Of a stretch of 64,000 nucleotides of DNA, positions 26,030-38,883 are shown piece by piece. The position numbers and the translations under genes were made by a program. The stretch spans positions 76,818,001 through 76,882,000 of the forward strand of contig OX597816.1 in assembly GCA_951406725.2 (NCBI GenBank), read 5' to 3'. Source of the DNA: Octopus vulgaris. Lineage: Eukaryota. Under the pieces are notes generated by a model, which made no database searches, was not told where the DNA came from, and was given only the letters and a program-made list of their open reading frames with translations. The number at the start of each line of letters is the position of its first letter. The stretch's first letter is position 1.

Positions 26030-26570
26030 TGACATGATAAGAGAACTTACGCCCTTAGGTGGTGGGGAAGGCTCGTGATAGTTCGACCAACTCGCGCAGG
26101 TCCCTTCCGTTCGAGGGTAACCCTAAGTACTGAAATCGTCTCCCCGGTCGCCATCAAGCCGGGGCTCGAGATGTCCATGGGTCATCCCAAGTTGAACGAA
26201 AGCTCACTCCGAGGAGTAGCAACGGTCGGGGCTACCCTCGGGTACGAGCCGACCAACTTGGCGCCGGCCTGTCGGAACGGTACGTGATGGCCCCGATGAC
26301 ACCGATCCACCCAAATACACCGGGCGTTTAGGTATGGTTATGATCCTCTCCTCTCTCCCCACCTAGAGGAGGGCGATGGATGCGACCCCTGGACTCGCGG
26401 CTCGTCCACGAAAGCCGAGGTTCCCACAAATGTATGTCGATTCTCACCTACCTCAGATGGCATGTGTTAATGTGCAGCCATGTGTCGAATACCCGAGTCC
26501 TGTGACGTTACGTCGTCCCTTCCTTCCGACTGCACCAATTATGTCCTTTTGTTGGTGGTGCTAAAACCGC
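26030..26570. other. GC/CpG-rich, highly self-complementary island; probably a retroelement UTR or LTR fragment
   Basis: Sharp compositional boundary with the flanks, multiple nested stems, no convincing ORF. Confidence 0.45.
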
Positions 26571-27504
26571 CAATAAGCATACGCTCTAGCGTGCAAACAT
26601 TATTTAATTTGAAATTTCTGTCTCTATAGCGTACAAATGAAACGTAAAATGATTAGATCAAATTTAATTGGCTGATTTCTTTGTGCAACAGAAATCAATT
26701 CACAAAGGTGTGTGAAAGGTTTTTCTGTCGTATATTTCACATGCTTGGTCAAGTTACTGATTGACGTTGCTACGAAGCGGATTATGAGCTACCAGTTACA
26801 GATATAGAGAGTAGTGTTGAAACAGAATAATACATACACACATAAACACACATGTATATATTGTGTGTATATATACAAAATTATACATGCACGTATATAT
26901 ACTGTGTACTTGTGGTGAGGTCTTTATGTTTAGATGTAATTTTGGATATTTCTTTCAGAAAGACATAAAAAGGTCCGAAAAGACACAGAATAGAAATGAT
27001 ATCAGGAAAGACTATATACTGTGTGTATGTGTAAATATGTGTATATATACGAGTGTGTGTGAGAGAGTTATGTGTGCGAGTGCGCGCGTGTGTGTGTAGG
27101 TTTGTATGTGTTTTGTAGGAGTGTGTATCTTTGTATTTACTTTTAAGTGAGTATAAATGTACACTATTGCCTTTGGATTTCCATCCTTTTAGGAAGAGAG
27201 GTTAATTGAATAAAATCCCATGAATGTGGTCCCTTTGTAGGTCTTCGGTACAATAAAAGAAAACGCTGAAAATAAACATATAATAAACAAATAATTGTTG
27301 TATTCATCGATATATAGTAATCTACTTCACGCTACACGTTTTTTGCGCGAAGAAATTATAATTTATAACAAATATGCTAATAATGTTAAGTGTGGTTAGT
27401 TTTCTGGGAATACAAACTATAGTTTTCTGGGGTAAAAAAAGAATGCCAATTTCACAACAAATTGACAATTAAAATACCAGAGATGTCTATGATCTGCGAC
27501 CGAG

Positions 27505-27544
<40 letters not shown>

Positions 27545-27829
27545 CACTTCAAATATTCGTTATTTAATATATTATATTCAGTGGAAAACACAATCATATC
27601 TATTAGCAAACAGAACATATGAGCCGTACACATCACTCACACAAACGCACACACATACTTATACATGTATATATACACAAAGGCACACGCACGAACACAC
27701 ACACACTATCTAATTAAAATATTTCAATAATCAAGAATAGAACATTTTACAAAGTGGAGACATACTTATTTTAAAATCCGTTATGACTGTGACAAATTGC
27801 TTATACAATATCATTTTTGTTTCTTTTTT

Positions 27830-28010
27830 ATTTTATTTGTTTCAGTGATTAGACTGCGACCGTCTTGGGGCACCTCCTTGAAGACTGTTAATCGAACAAG
27901 GTGACTGCACTTCCTATTTTATTATTTTTTAACATGTGGCAAACCGCTAGGTTACAGGAACTTAAAAACACCAACACCGGTTGTAAAGCGGTAGTTGAGG
28001 ATAAGCACAA
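27830..28010 (-). mobile_element. SINE family A, decayed 3' half
   Basis: tttgtttcagt..ttagactgcgacc..cttggggcacc...aaccgctaggttac...aacaccaacaccggttgt. Confidence 0.75.
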
Positions 28011-28241
28011 GTGCAATACACACTCGTACACACAAACACATATACACATATACGTTGTCTATATGCTGCGTTTTCAATATTTACGCGCGTCTTCTCTTAT
28101 TGAATTTCTTTTATAGTTCCTTATTATATGTTGTTTGTGCCACATATAGGACTTAAAGACATGTATTGTGTCCTTTAGATAAATAATATTTATCCCTCAC
28201 CAGATGGGGTACATTTTTTTAACACAGAACAGTGCATTTTA

Positions 28242-28309
<68 letters not shown>

Positions 28310-28423
28310 TAATATAGAATAAAATTTTCGAAAGAATTTTATCAGTGGACAGCATATTAAAAAATACCTTTAAAGGCTAAATTTATCAACAACTTATAAA
28401 TATTTGAAGTGCTTAGATATATA

Positions 28424-28582
28424 GGCGCAGGAGTGGCTGTGTGGTAAGTAGCTTGCTTATCAACCACATGGTTCCGGGTTCAGTCTCATCACGTGGCACC
28501 TTGGGCAAGTGTCTTCTACTATAGCCTCGGGCCGACCAAAGCCTTGTGAGTGGATTTGGTAGACGGAAACTGAATAAATATG

Positions 28583-28655
<73 letters not shown>

Positions 28656-28869
28656 TTGTGTGTCTGTGTTTGTCCCACTAGCATTGCTTGACAACCAATG
28701 CTGGTGTGTTTACGTCGTCACTTAGCGGTTCGGCAAAAGAGACCGGTAGAATATGTACTGGGTTTACAAAGAATAAGTTCCGGGGTCGATTTGCTCGACT
28801 AAAGGCGGTGCTCCAGCATGGCCGCAGTCAAATGACTGAAACAAGTAAAAGAGTAAAGAGAGTAAGAGT
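28424..28869 (+). mobile_element. tRNA-derived SINE family A, full-length, with an internal (TG)n expansion
   Basis: Head ggcgcaggagtggctgtgtggtaag...gggttcagtc; tail ...gactgaaacaagtaaaagagtaaagag. Confidence 0.92.
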
Positions 28870-29038
28870 AAAGGCAAAAGAAAAAAATTAAATGCCAAAT
28901 ATGCCGAAAATAGACTTAAATCGTCAATAACCATATACAATACATCACTATAAGCACGTGTTTATTTCTTATCGTATTTACTGCTAACGAAGTCTATTTT
29001 CGGCATATTTGGCATTGAATTTATTTCCTTTTGCCTTT
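28870..29038. mobile_element. Hairpin MITE-like element with about 48-bp TIRs
   Basis: aaaggcaaaag..aaatt.aatgccaaatatgccgaaaatagactt / aagtctattttcggcatatttggcatt.aattt..cttttgccttt. Confidence 0.75.
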
Positions 29039-29074
29039 GTTTATAAGTTATATACATATATATATATGTATCCC

Positions 29075-29250
29075 CCAAAAAACGAAGACCAAACCCAAAC
29101 AACAACGCAAGGACATGGTACATGTATAGTATTAGCAGACGCTCAGGAGAGGAAAGAAAGGTGGTTTTACGTCTCTTCTTCAGAAACAGGAGACAGAGGA
29201 AATGGAAGACGGAGGAAAATAAATTGCCAACGATTCACATGTGATTACAT
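29075..29250 (-). mobile_element. PLE-like pLTR fragment with an internally deleted minimal HHR (29164-29187)
   Basis: Minus strand gttt CTGAAGA A GAG [deletion] AC GTA aaac; flank tattag...acgctcagga related to the 59311 family. Confidence 0.55.
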
Positions 29251-29254
29251 TAGG

Positions 29255-29412
29255 TTTTTTTCAGTTTCCGTCTACCTAATCCACTCGCAAGGCTTTGGTA
29301 AGCTCGAAGCTATAGTAGAAGACACTTGCTCGAAGTGCCATGCATTGTGATTGAATCCGGAACCATGTGTTTGAGAAGCAAAATTCTTAGACTACAGCCA
29401 CGCCTGCGCCTA
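29255..29412 (-). mobile_element. SINE family A, 5' half
   Basis: tttcagtttccgtctacc...gacacttgc...cagccacgcctgcgcc. Confidence 0.85.
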
Positions 29413-30080
29413 ATAAGTGAAGGATTTTTATTTATTTATGTTTATACGTTAAAATGGCTGGAAAATTTCATTAATAGAGATACTGAAATTTTAAATGAGA
29501 GTTTGTTTTATTTGGCTTTTGTTTTGTTTTTTTTTCTTTCTTTCACATTATTACGGTGGGGAAATCTGAAAAGGTCAGATCAACAAGCTTAACAACAGCC
29601 GATGAGTAGTCAAGACACGAAAGAAAGCAACGGAAAAAGATTTGGGGTTGAAATATCTCGACAAAATGGCAGCCAAGTCTGTTGTTTTTAATAGAATTAT
29701 GTAGGTAGAAAGAAAACAGACATTCAATAAACATTTTTCTCCCAGCATTTTTTAATCAAATAGTTATCATATAGCTATTAGCTAAAATAATATCATTACT
29801 TTATTGGTATATTTATTTGTCTATATTATGCGCCTACATCATTTCTAATTTTACGATTTTATTCATACCATTATTAGTGTATTTAGTTTGTTACAGTGCT
29901 GTATTGGTTTGCATATAGCTGTGTTTATGCATTAACATACATATACATTGAATGGATTTTGCACGTTTGCATTCGAGTTTGCTTTTGACTTTATATTCAT
30001 GAACGCGTTGTTTTACCAAGATATCCGTGCTTATGTATGTATTTACGTGTACACATATATATATATATATACATATATAC

Positions 30081-30149
<69 letters not shown>

Positions 30150-30229
30150 GAGGGAGAGAAATAGAGAGATGTATATGTATCCACACGTACACATACGACA
30201 CTTCCTTGTATATACATCTATTTATGTAG

Positions 30230-30276
<47 letters not shown>

Positions 30277-30437
30277 AATAATAATAATAATAATATCAGG
30301 GTAATAAAACATTTTTGAAATTTTTACTACTAGTAGCCTAGCGTGTAGAAAAATTAGTCAATAGACTATATATTATTCATATATATTAGTGTACATTTAA
30401 ACAAATAAGAGGTATCCATCAGCGTGCCAGGAATCCT

Positions 30438-31064
30438 TGCGATGAAAAGTGGATTCTCTACGACAACCGGCGATGCTCAGCTCGGTGGTTGGACGCCGAC
30501 GAAGCTCCACGGCATTTCCCGAAGCCAAAGTTGCTCCAAAAGAAGGTCATGGTGACTGTTTGTTGGTCTGCGGTCGGTCTCATCCATCACAGCTTTTTGG
30601 ATCCAGGCGAAACTATTACGGCGTAGAAGTACTGTCAGCAAATGGATGAAATGCATAAGAAACTCCGAGAACAACAGCCAGCATTGCTCAATAGGAAAGG
30701 ATCAATTCTTCTCCACGACAACTGACCCTGCAGAAGTTGAACGAATTGGGCTACGAAACTCTGCCTCATCTTCCATACTCACCAGATCTCTCGCCTACCG
30801 ACTACCAATTTTTCAAACATCCCGACAACGTCCTGCGTGAGAAATGCTTCAAAAACCAAGACGATGTCAAACACGCCTTCAACAACTTCATCACCACCAG
30901 AATGCAGGATTTTTACGCCTCAGGCATAAATAAACTTGTTTCGCTTTGGTAAAAGTGTGTGATTCTGATGGTGTTTATTTCGATTAATAAAGTTTTGTCT
31001 GAACCGAGATATGTGCATCTGAATTTAAAGTCTAAGATCCGCAAGAACTTTCTTGACAACCTAA
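30438..31064 (+). pseudogene. Mariner transposase pseudogene (catalytic DDD region; Hsmar1/cecropia-like) with right TIR
   Basis: Reads CDEKWILYDN...KKVMVTVCWS...LLHDN...HLPYSPDLSPTDYQFF...W*KCVDSDGVYFD* with stops and a deletion. Right TIR gatccgcaagaactttcttgacaacctaa|TA ends at 31064. Confidence 0.93.
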
Positions 31065-32227
31065 TAGAACATTCCACCAGTACTCCTTTTTAATATGAGT
31101 GGCTATGTCTTCCACCATACTGTAGGTTCTTATTACTCTGTCCTTGGGTTATCCCTTCGATGGATCTCATTATACAGTGTTCTAACTACATCATGTCCCA
31201 TTGGCAGATAATGGTATGATGACATTTTCGGACAACTACTTTTGATGCGGATGATTTGTATGTATGTATGGATGGATGGATAGATGTATGTATGTACGCA
31301 TGCATGCATGTATGTATGTATGTATGTATGTATGTATGTATGTATGTATGTATGTATGTATGCATGTATGTATACGTATGTTTAGGTGTGCATTATAGGT
31401 ATGAATTATTTTTCCATTTATCTTCAATTAACTATGAATGCATACTTATCGATTTACCCATACTAAAATATATTAGCAGATGTGTTTAAATCTTGTTACA
31501 CAAGCTTCCAACCTGAATATTTTCCAATATATATATACTTCAATATATCTGTTCATTTAGATTTACTTCAAACGTACTGCGATATATTTACATAGATTTA
31601 CTATTAAACTGTAATATAAAATGCACTCAACCGGGCCAGCATACTGTTCTCGTTTATAATCAGGTTTCGGTTAGTATTTATGTTAAACGAGCTAATTTTA
31701 AAGATATCTAAACGCTTATTCAATATAGTTCTTTACTCCTTATATCGAATTTTCTTCTATTACATTCAGAAATATTATTCTATCGTTAGCTTTGATATCA
31801 AGAGTAAACATTAGTTTATATAGTACATTTTTTTAAAAAGTAATCGCTAGAAGCTGTAAACTATATTCGATTTCTTTTTACGATATCATTGCGACTTAGT
31901 GAAGTTGAAAGGAAATACATAAAGTTTTGTACCTACAATTACCACACACGTAAACACACATGCATGCATATGCAAACGTTAAGCATTTGTAATATTAAAC
32001 ATCCACAATATAATAGAGCGATGCATATGTATAATATTTATACATCAAAAATATATTTTCTCGGGTTAAATTCTAGCTGAAAGCTTTAACACGCTGCATA
32101 CATACGGTGCTGACGCCTGCTCAATTTCTTGATACGATCTGCAAATAAAATAACCTACATTCATATGTATCAAAATACGTATACACTTAAACACACATAC
32201 TAATACAGGTACACATACATATATGAA

Positions 32228-32385
32228 CATGCTTAGCTGCGTGATTAACAAGCACCTTTTACCACAACGTAGTTTTAGGTTCAATCCCATCACACAGTAC
32301 TTTTGATGTCACGCGGTGGGACTGAACTCAGAACCGTGTGGTTGGGAAGCAAGCTTCTTACCACACAGCCGCGCCTGTGTCTAAT
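32228..32385. mobile_element. Two SINE family A heads in opposite orientation
   Basis: Plus head ending ggttcaatccca..cagtactttt followed by a minus head gtgggactgaac...cttaccacacagccgcgcctg. Confidence 0.65.
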
Positions 32386-34134
32386 GTACACACATATTCT
32401 TCATAACATCTTACTATATTGATAATTGCTAAGTTAATATTTTATTCCTATATCCTCAAAAAACGAATACCAACCTTTCGAATATACTTTAAACTGAGTC
32501 CCGTTAGCAAACATATATAAAATCCAAATCCTTACTTGCACTTACTGTGACCTTTCATAGTACTGTGATGGATGAAATAGTAACAGCATACTTTGTTTAA
32601 CTCCATCGACAACTATATTCCCTTTTACCAATCATTTCTTGTATACCAGTAGTAAATGATATACATGAAAGGTGGAATGAAACGCAATTCACAAAATCAA
32701 ATTTAACATAAAGCGATAAACATCTAAAATAAGAAAGACATCCTTTCTCTGTTTAAAGATAATGTTTCTCGTCGAGTGCTTTATAGAGTCAACCGTTTTT
32801 TGCAAGACATTTTATGCTGTGATTAATGATCCTAGAAGGTAATTTTCCTTTTAGATTGAGTGAGCAGGTGTGAAGTCTATAGAATTCCAAATTAGTGTTT
32901 TAAGAAAATTCGGAAATGTACTTTTAAAGGAAATATACATTTATTTGACCAAAAAATGACATATCATATATCAACAGATATAGCACCTGTGTGATACAAT
33001 GAATATTACTACAATTTTCTTTAAGTTACAAGAATGTGCTCGTGTACATTCAAAAGGCAGGTTTCTAAACATTTCTATGTTGATTTAGTTTGAACTCAAT
33101 ATATTGTCTGTTATGCTATGGTATTGATTAATTCTTTTCTTCAGTATAGATTGAATTATTCTGTATAATTTTTAAAAGACATTCAACACTTACAACAGTA
33201 TCGTTATATACTCTCCATTCTTGATTTCAAATTTTTTATCTTATAGATTGGCAGATACAATATATATGGTAGACTTCTTTAAATTTCAAGTATTTGATTT
33301 ACGATTTTATATCAATCGATAAACATCTAAAACATATAAAGTAAGGTGTATAGAGTAAGCAAGTCTTTGCACTTCATTGATTTACAATTGTTTCATCAAG
33401 AATCGATCTCTTTAGCGTTGCTACATTATGGAATAATATATGCAACCATTGATACCTGAGATGTGATAGACACGAAATCGAAGATCGATTTTTCAGAATC
33501 ATGCATAAAAGCTTTTGGCTGTGGACATATGTGTTAACGATTATTTATACCTATATCGAGTTGAACGCCTTTAAATGGTTACATTTACATATTATAAAAC
33601 AAAGCAAATCAAACCTTGTTTTAATTGACTGGTCAAGAAAAAGATGAATCGATAGAAAAAAAAGAAAGAATAAAAGCATAAAAGAAAAGGAAATCTTTTG
33701 TTTTTAGACAATATAATACATAATAGTTTTCTCGGACGTTGTCATATTGAACAAGAAAGGCAGATACTATCAGATCACTGATGTGGCCAGACCGAATGAC
33801 ATGAGTATTGTGAGTAAAGATGTTGCAAAAATAACTACGTACTTCGAATTGAAAGTAGAGATGGCAAGACTGTTGGGAATGCAAAAGGGTAATGTAAAAT
33901 AATACCAAGTGTGATTGGGGAATTAGGGTCAATCCTACCGAAACCGCAAGACTTCTTAATGTAACAGGTAAACCCGAACAAGACTGGTGTCAAACAAAAT
34001 TCAGCCTTCCTAAGTACTGTGCACATTTTAAGAAGATTACCTGTCTGAGATCCTTGTTGCGATTAACAGATGACTAAATTCACCGGTGCATTTTCCGCTT
34101 ACACTACCTGACGAAGTTGTAATAATCATAAGAC

Positions 34135-34280
34135 TTTCAAATTTTGACACAAGACCAGCAATACCGGGGAGTGGATATTTTATCGACCGCGAAAGGATGA
34201 AAGGCAAAGTCGGCCTCAGCGGAAATTGAACACAGAACGTACAGACAGGAGAAATAATGCTAAGCATTTTGTCTGGTGCG
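34135..34280 (-). mobile_element. SINE family B with an internal deletion
   Basis: atcgaccgcgaaaggatgaaaggcaaagtcggcctcagcggaa. Confidence 0.8.
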
Positions 34281-34394
34281 CCAACATATGGCTGGTACAG
34301 TACTCATCTTTCAAGACAGCCTTCGACTAGGGTTAAAGAAAGACTTCCATAGATCCAGGATGACGCTGACCGTAAAGCAATCGAACTCACTGTT

Positions 34395-34520
34395 GTTCAC
34401 CATGCTTGAAGTAGTTCCATTCACCACGAGTATTTTGAATACAGCCACCCGCCTTTTGACAAATTCGCTAAAGAAGAGCACTTCACTCTTCACCCTCCAC
34501 TCCTTTCCAAGATGACCTTG
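34395..34520 (-). pseudogene. Old Tx1/L1 ORF2 extreme C-terminal fragment
   Basis: HLGKEWRVKSEVLFFSEFVKRRVAVFKILVVNGTTSSM aligns by eye with HLKKKVSRERQVLSSECFKKRWVNVARMARMNDEATLTM of the 7234 ORF. Confidence 0.45.
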
Positions 34521-34559
34521 AATAGTAGTAATAATGTTCTTGTATACTTGCAGGAATTT

Positions 34560-34851
34560 TAAGTGCAGGAGTTTTGGCTATTATTTTAACCCCATTAACC
34601 AGCTTGTAGTTATTTTATCAAACCCGAGATGAACATAAAAACCAACCTCTGTGGCATTTGAACTGAGAACGTAAAGATGAACAAAAGCCTCTAAACATTT
34701 TGTCTGACATGCTAACGATCCTGCCAGCTCACTGCCTTTAATAAGGCACAAAGACTAATATTTAATGCGAGGGGGCTAGTCGATTACGTCGGACCAAGAG
34801 TTCAACTGATATTTATCTTATCGACCCTAAAAGTATGAAAGGCAATATCAA
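34560..34851 (-). mobile_element. SINE family B copies; the second (34745-34851) is split by the CR1 insertion and resumes at 35659-35750
   Basis: ...atgaaaggcaatatcaa | ctcagtggaatttgaactcagaac reconstitutes the consensus aaaggcaaagtcgacctcggcggaatttgaactcagaac. Confidence 0.85.
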
Positions 34852-35658
34852 AAATTTGGAGATGGTCTAACGAATGGGACCTGTGTCTGAACGCGTCAAA
34901 GTGCTGTCATCTGCCTGTTGGCTCTCCTCCTGCAACTTCGAGCCGGGTCGTCTGCTGCTGGAGAGGACCGACCAGGTAAAGGACCTGGGTATCTTGGTGG
35001 ATTCCTCCTTTTCGCCTTCGGCCCAGTGCGTCCATGCTGCCAACAAAGCACGCGGAGTTCTGTTCTTGATTCGACGGTCATTCGGAATGCTCACAGCAGC
35101 CATATTCCTACCGCTCTATGTCACGCTGGTGAGACCCATATTGGAGTACGGGATTCAAGCCTCTTCTCCTTGTCTCCTCAAAGACATACAACATCCCGAA
35201 AGAGTCCAGAAGCTGGCTACCCGCATGGTTCTTGATCTCAAGAATTTATCTTATGAAGAAAGGCTGAAGACGCTCGACCTTTATTCTCTAGAAAAACGAC
35301 AACGCCGTGGTGATCTCATACTTGCTCACAACATCATAAGCGGAAAGTGTAACCTCTCGAAAGAGCTGTTCTTCACTCCTGCTCCAGAGCGTCGGCTGCG
35401 AGGTCACTCCGAAAAGCTCTATCTGCGACGATTTCATCTCAATCGAAGGAGAGGGGCTTTCTCCGTCCGGGTTGCAGATCCGTGGAATAAGCTGCCGGAC
35501 GAGATGGTGAAGATGCCGATGACCGCTCGGTTCAAAGTCTCCCTTGACCACAAGTGGTCTGAACTCTTTACATGAGCACCACCCTGTACATAACTCCATG
35601 TCCCCCTACATGGCCTTGCTTTTTGCTTTTTGAGCCAATAATTAACTAACTAACTAAC
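34852..35658 (+). mobile_element. 5'-truncated CR1-group LINE with a short 3' UTR and (TAAC)4 tail
   Basis: ORF remnant plus the tail taactaactaactaac at 35643-35658. Confidence 0.9.
34874..35575 (+). CDS. CR1-group ORF2 C-terminal fragment (RT thumb and C-terminal region); not a full gene
   Basis: KDLGILVD, LYVTLVRPILEY, ERVQKLATRM, LSYEERLKTLDLYSLEKR.RRGDLI, RLRGH..KL, FS.RV..PWNKLP. Confidence 0.9.
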   Translation: MGPVSERVKVLSSACWLSSCNFEPGRLLLERTDQVKDLGILVDSSFSPSAQCVHAANKARGVLFLIRRSFGMLTAAIFLPLYVTLVRPILEYGIQASSPCLLKDIQHPERVQKLATRMVLDLKNLSYEERLKTLDLYSLEKRQRRGDLILAHNIISGKCNLSKELFFTPAPERRLRGHSEKLYLRRFHLNRRRGAFSVRVADPWNKLPDEMVKMPMTARFKVSLDHKWSELFT

Positions 35659-36004
35659 CTCAGTGGAATTTGAACTCAGAACCTAAGGACGGAAGAAAAG
35701 CTGCTAAGCATTTCGTCCGGCATGCAAACGAATCTATAAGCTCGCCACTTTTAATAATGGTTTCAATGTTGGACACAAGCTATTTTGAGTATATGGGATT
35801 ATATCGACCGCAGTACTTGATCGGAACTTGAAAGACAAAAGTTTACCTCTGCGAGACTTGAACTCAAAACCCATCAAGAACCATTGCAATTATGCGATGC
35901 TCTATTGGTTTTGCAGCTCCCTGTCTAAATTATTGATACAACTACCATTGTTGATAAAGAATTTTAAACAGTGATGTAAGAAATTATAATATTGATGTTA
36001 CTCT

Positions 36005-36210
36005 TTTGGCACAAGGCCAGCAATATTCATGGGAGTGGATAAGTGGATCACTTCAACCTCAGTGTATAACTAGTACTTATTTTATCTACCCTAAAAAGAT
36101 GAAAGGCAAAACCGACCGCCGCAGTATTTGAACTCAGAACGTAAAGACGGCCGAAATGGTGCTTAGAATTTTACCCGGCGTGCTAACGACTCTGCCTGCT
36201 CGCCGCCTTA
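36005..36210 (-). mobile_element. SINE family B
   Basis: ggcacaaggccagcaa...tttgaactcagaacgtaaagacgg...ctcgccgcctta. Confidence 0.85.
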
Positions 36211-37870
36211 TAAAGAATTATATATCTAAAATAAAGGAAATTGTTTTACAAATACCGTTGACTTATAAACAGAAAATACCATTTACAATCATATACATCG
36301 ACAGATCTCTTTTTTTTCTGATAATCCCCGAAGCAAATCTTGACTCATGTAAGCACAAAGTAAATCCACTCTAAATATAAAATCGAAAATATATGCCTAT
36401 TTTCAAAGTCGTATTGACGCTCATGCCACAGAAATTCCTATCAAGTTATTTTAATATAATTCACAGTGATATGTAAAATGTTGACTATAACTGAGAAGTG
36501 AGAGAAAAGGATTAAAGAGCATTCAAGATAGAACTCTCAGGCTCTGAGTTCACTCGGTTCTTAGTGCCTGCCTCAGGGTGGTATAACTCATCTCTGCTTT
36601 GTACAGTAAACGCAACAATTGATTCACTTAAGTGCAGTAATGGAAACATGATCTTGGCGTTACATTCAGTGGGTTTCGTAAGATTTGTATATTTTGTGCT
36701 TCTCACCGTGTGAACCGAAGACAAGCACCAGCTCTGTGGACCGTACATCCATTAAGGACATACATCATAATTTAAATTGTTTACTTGCTATATGTTATAA
36801 AGGAATAAAGCAGTTATATAAACTTATTTCACTAGTATTTCATTCTGAATTGAGCTAAAAAAGAAAAAACTTGTCTCAATATTAAAATGCTCCTCCATTT
36901 ACCTAGTTCGTTTCACATCAAAAGATGAACGGTGTGAGATTTCTTACTCACCTCTGTTATGTGCCATCCATGTCTAAGGATCTTAACTCATAAATATGGA
37001 AGATATCCGTCATTTGTCACCCCAAATAATTAGTCACTGTTAATATATGTTCTCTACTGAGTTGTGAGTTACATATACTTCCATTCCACTCCACAATCAA
37101 AAAGGTAGGCCATCTATATAATTGGTCTATTGAAAGCTTGTGATGAACAATGCCAGTTGCGATATTAAATTAGAAACTAACTAAATGGACATTTATGCCA
37201 GAGTTTTGTATAAGCTGTCGTATGACAATGGATTTTATGTGAACATTTCATTTTATAATTTTAAATAATGTGTTTAATTTTATTTTATATACTTGCATTG
37301 AATAATTCAAGCTAAATTACAATTTTAAAATGTTATATATTATCTGCATAAAACGCTAACAATTTTTTATCAGATCAGAACTAACTGATTGACTTATTCG
37401 GTTTTCTCATATTCATTGGTATTTGGTCAACCAGTTTCTACCACAATAGCCTTTAGAAATATACGACACAATCATAAATTGATTTCAGGTATAGAAAAAT
37501 CTGGAATCTAACGTTTTCTTCGAACCTCAAATTTTAATCATTCATTATTTTGAAAAATTGATAATAAAGAAGTTAGAAGCATTTGAAGTTACGTATTTAT
37601 AGCCAATGAATTTTGAGCCATTGTCATTCACAACGGAAGTCGAAATGCTTTGTTCTCATGGCAACTCCGCTTCATTAATTTTTTTTTCAGTTGAGCACGA
37701 ACCCGCGAGCAGCAATCCGTTTGAAACAAATTCTTTTCAGAATGAATGCTCCAAGAATATTTTAGTCAGAGATAATTAAGATGGAGGATGAATCAGCGAT
37801 AAATTTTTTGACATTTCACACACACACACACACACACACATACGCATACACATTGTGTGTGTGTGTGTGT

Positions 37871-37946
<76 letters not shown>

Positions 37947-37996
37947 GAATAAATGAAAGAATGGTGTCGAACGACGATTTTAACAAAATTCCTTTA

Positions 37997-38079
37997 CTCT
38001 CGACACATGTTTCGAAGGCTGCATATTCCTAATTCCAAAGGAATAAAGGGTGCATTATGCCTCCATCTCATCAGGAAAG
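37997..38079 (-). ncRNA. Type I hammerhead ribozyme, intact core (inverted copy)
   Basis: Minus strand ctttc CTGATGA ... GAAAC ATGT GTC gagag. Confidence 0.8.
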
Positions 38080-38382
38080 ACAAGGAACTTATGTCAGCAC
38101 CATGAAGAGCAAAAACTTTTAGATGACTGCCCACATGATGTCCACAGTAATAATGAGTGTTTCTTTAAAATATCCCGTTATAAGCAATGACGTCAAAGTT
38201 GGTTGGATGGAGAGAGAGAGAAAGAGAGAGAGGTGGGGAGATGCAGAGAAAAAGAGGAAAACATATCCCAACAAATTTAGTAGTAATTCTTCATGTAATT
38301 TCTTTTTTTCTACTACGTTACATGAAGAATTACTACTAAATTTGTTGGAATATGTTTTCCTCTTTTTCTCTGCATCTCCCCA

Positions 38383-38413
<31 letters not shown>

Positions 38414-38800
38414 ATCATACCCACAATCGAACACACAGACACAAATCTGTCACCTCACTACTAAATGTTTCTGACATTTGTCACCCTACACACACAGTCA
38501 CGCACACACACAGGCACGAATCCAGTTATATACATACACACACACAAGCACTCAAACTCATTAACAATAGAATACACCCACGCATACAATACAGCTTGCA
38601 CTCTATCCCCTTCCTAGAGCTTTCTCCTCCCAACCAAATTTGAACTCTTGAACTCTTTAGAACATTCTCCATCCAACCAACTTTGACGTCATTGCTTATA
38701 ACGGGATATTTTAAAGAAACACTCATTATTACTGTGGACATCATGTGGGCAGTCATCTAAAAGGTTTTTGCTCTTCATGGTGCTGACATAAGTTCCTTGT

Positions 38801-38883
38801 CTTTCCTGATGAGATGGCGGCATAATGCACCCTTTATTCCTTCGGAATTAGGAATATGCAGCCTTCGAAACATGTGTCGAGAG
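38801..38883 (+). ncRNA. Type I hammerhead ribozyme, intact core
   Basis: ctttc CTGATGA (38806-38812), long stem II, GAAAC (38867-38871) ATGT GTC (38876-38878) gagag. Confidence 0.82.

Noticed and set aside
30737-30952. SETMAR-like host gene
   Set aside because: Stops, a deletion, a TIR and no SET exon: an ordinary dead mariner.
36512-36748. 78-aa minus-strand ORF as a host exon
   Set aside because: No convincing splice signals or recognisable homology.
38119-38756. ORFs 38123-38464(+), 38119-38442(-) and 38526-38756(-) with shared peptide starts
   Set aside because: The shared sequence is produced by the inverted repeats; no protein motif is recognisable.
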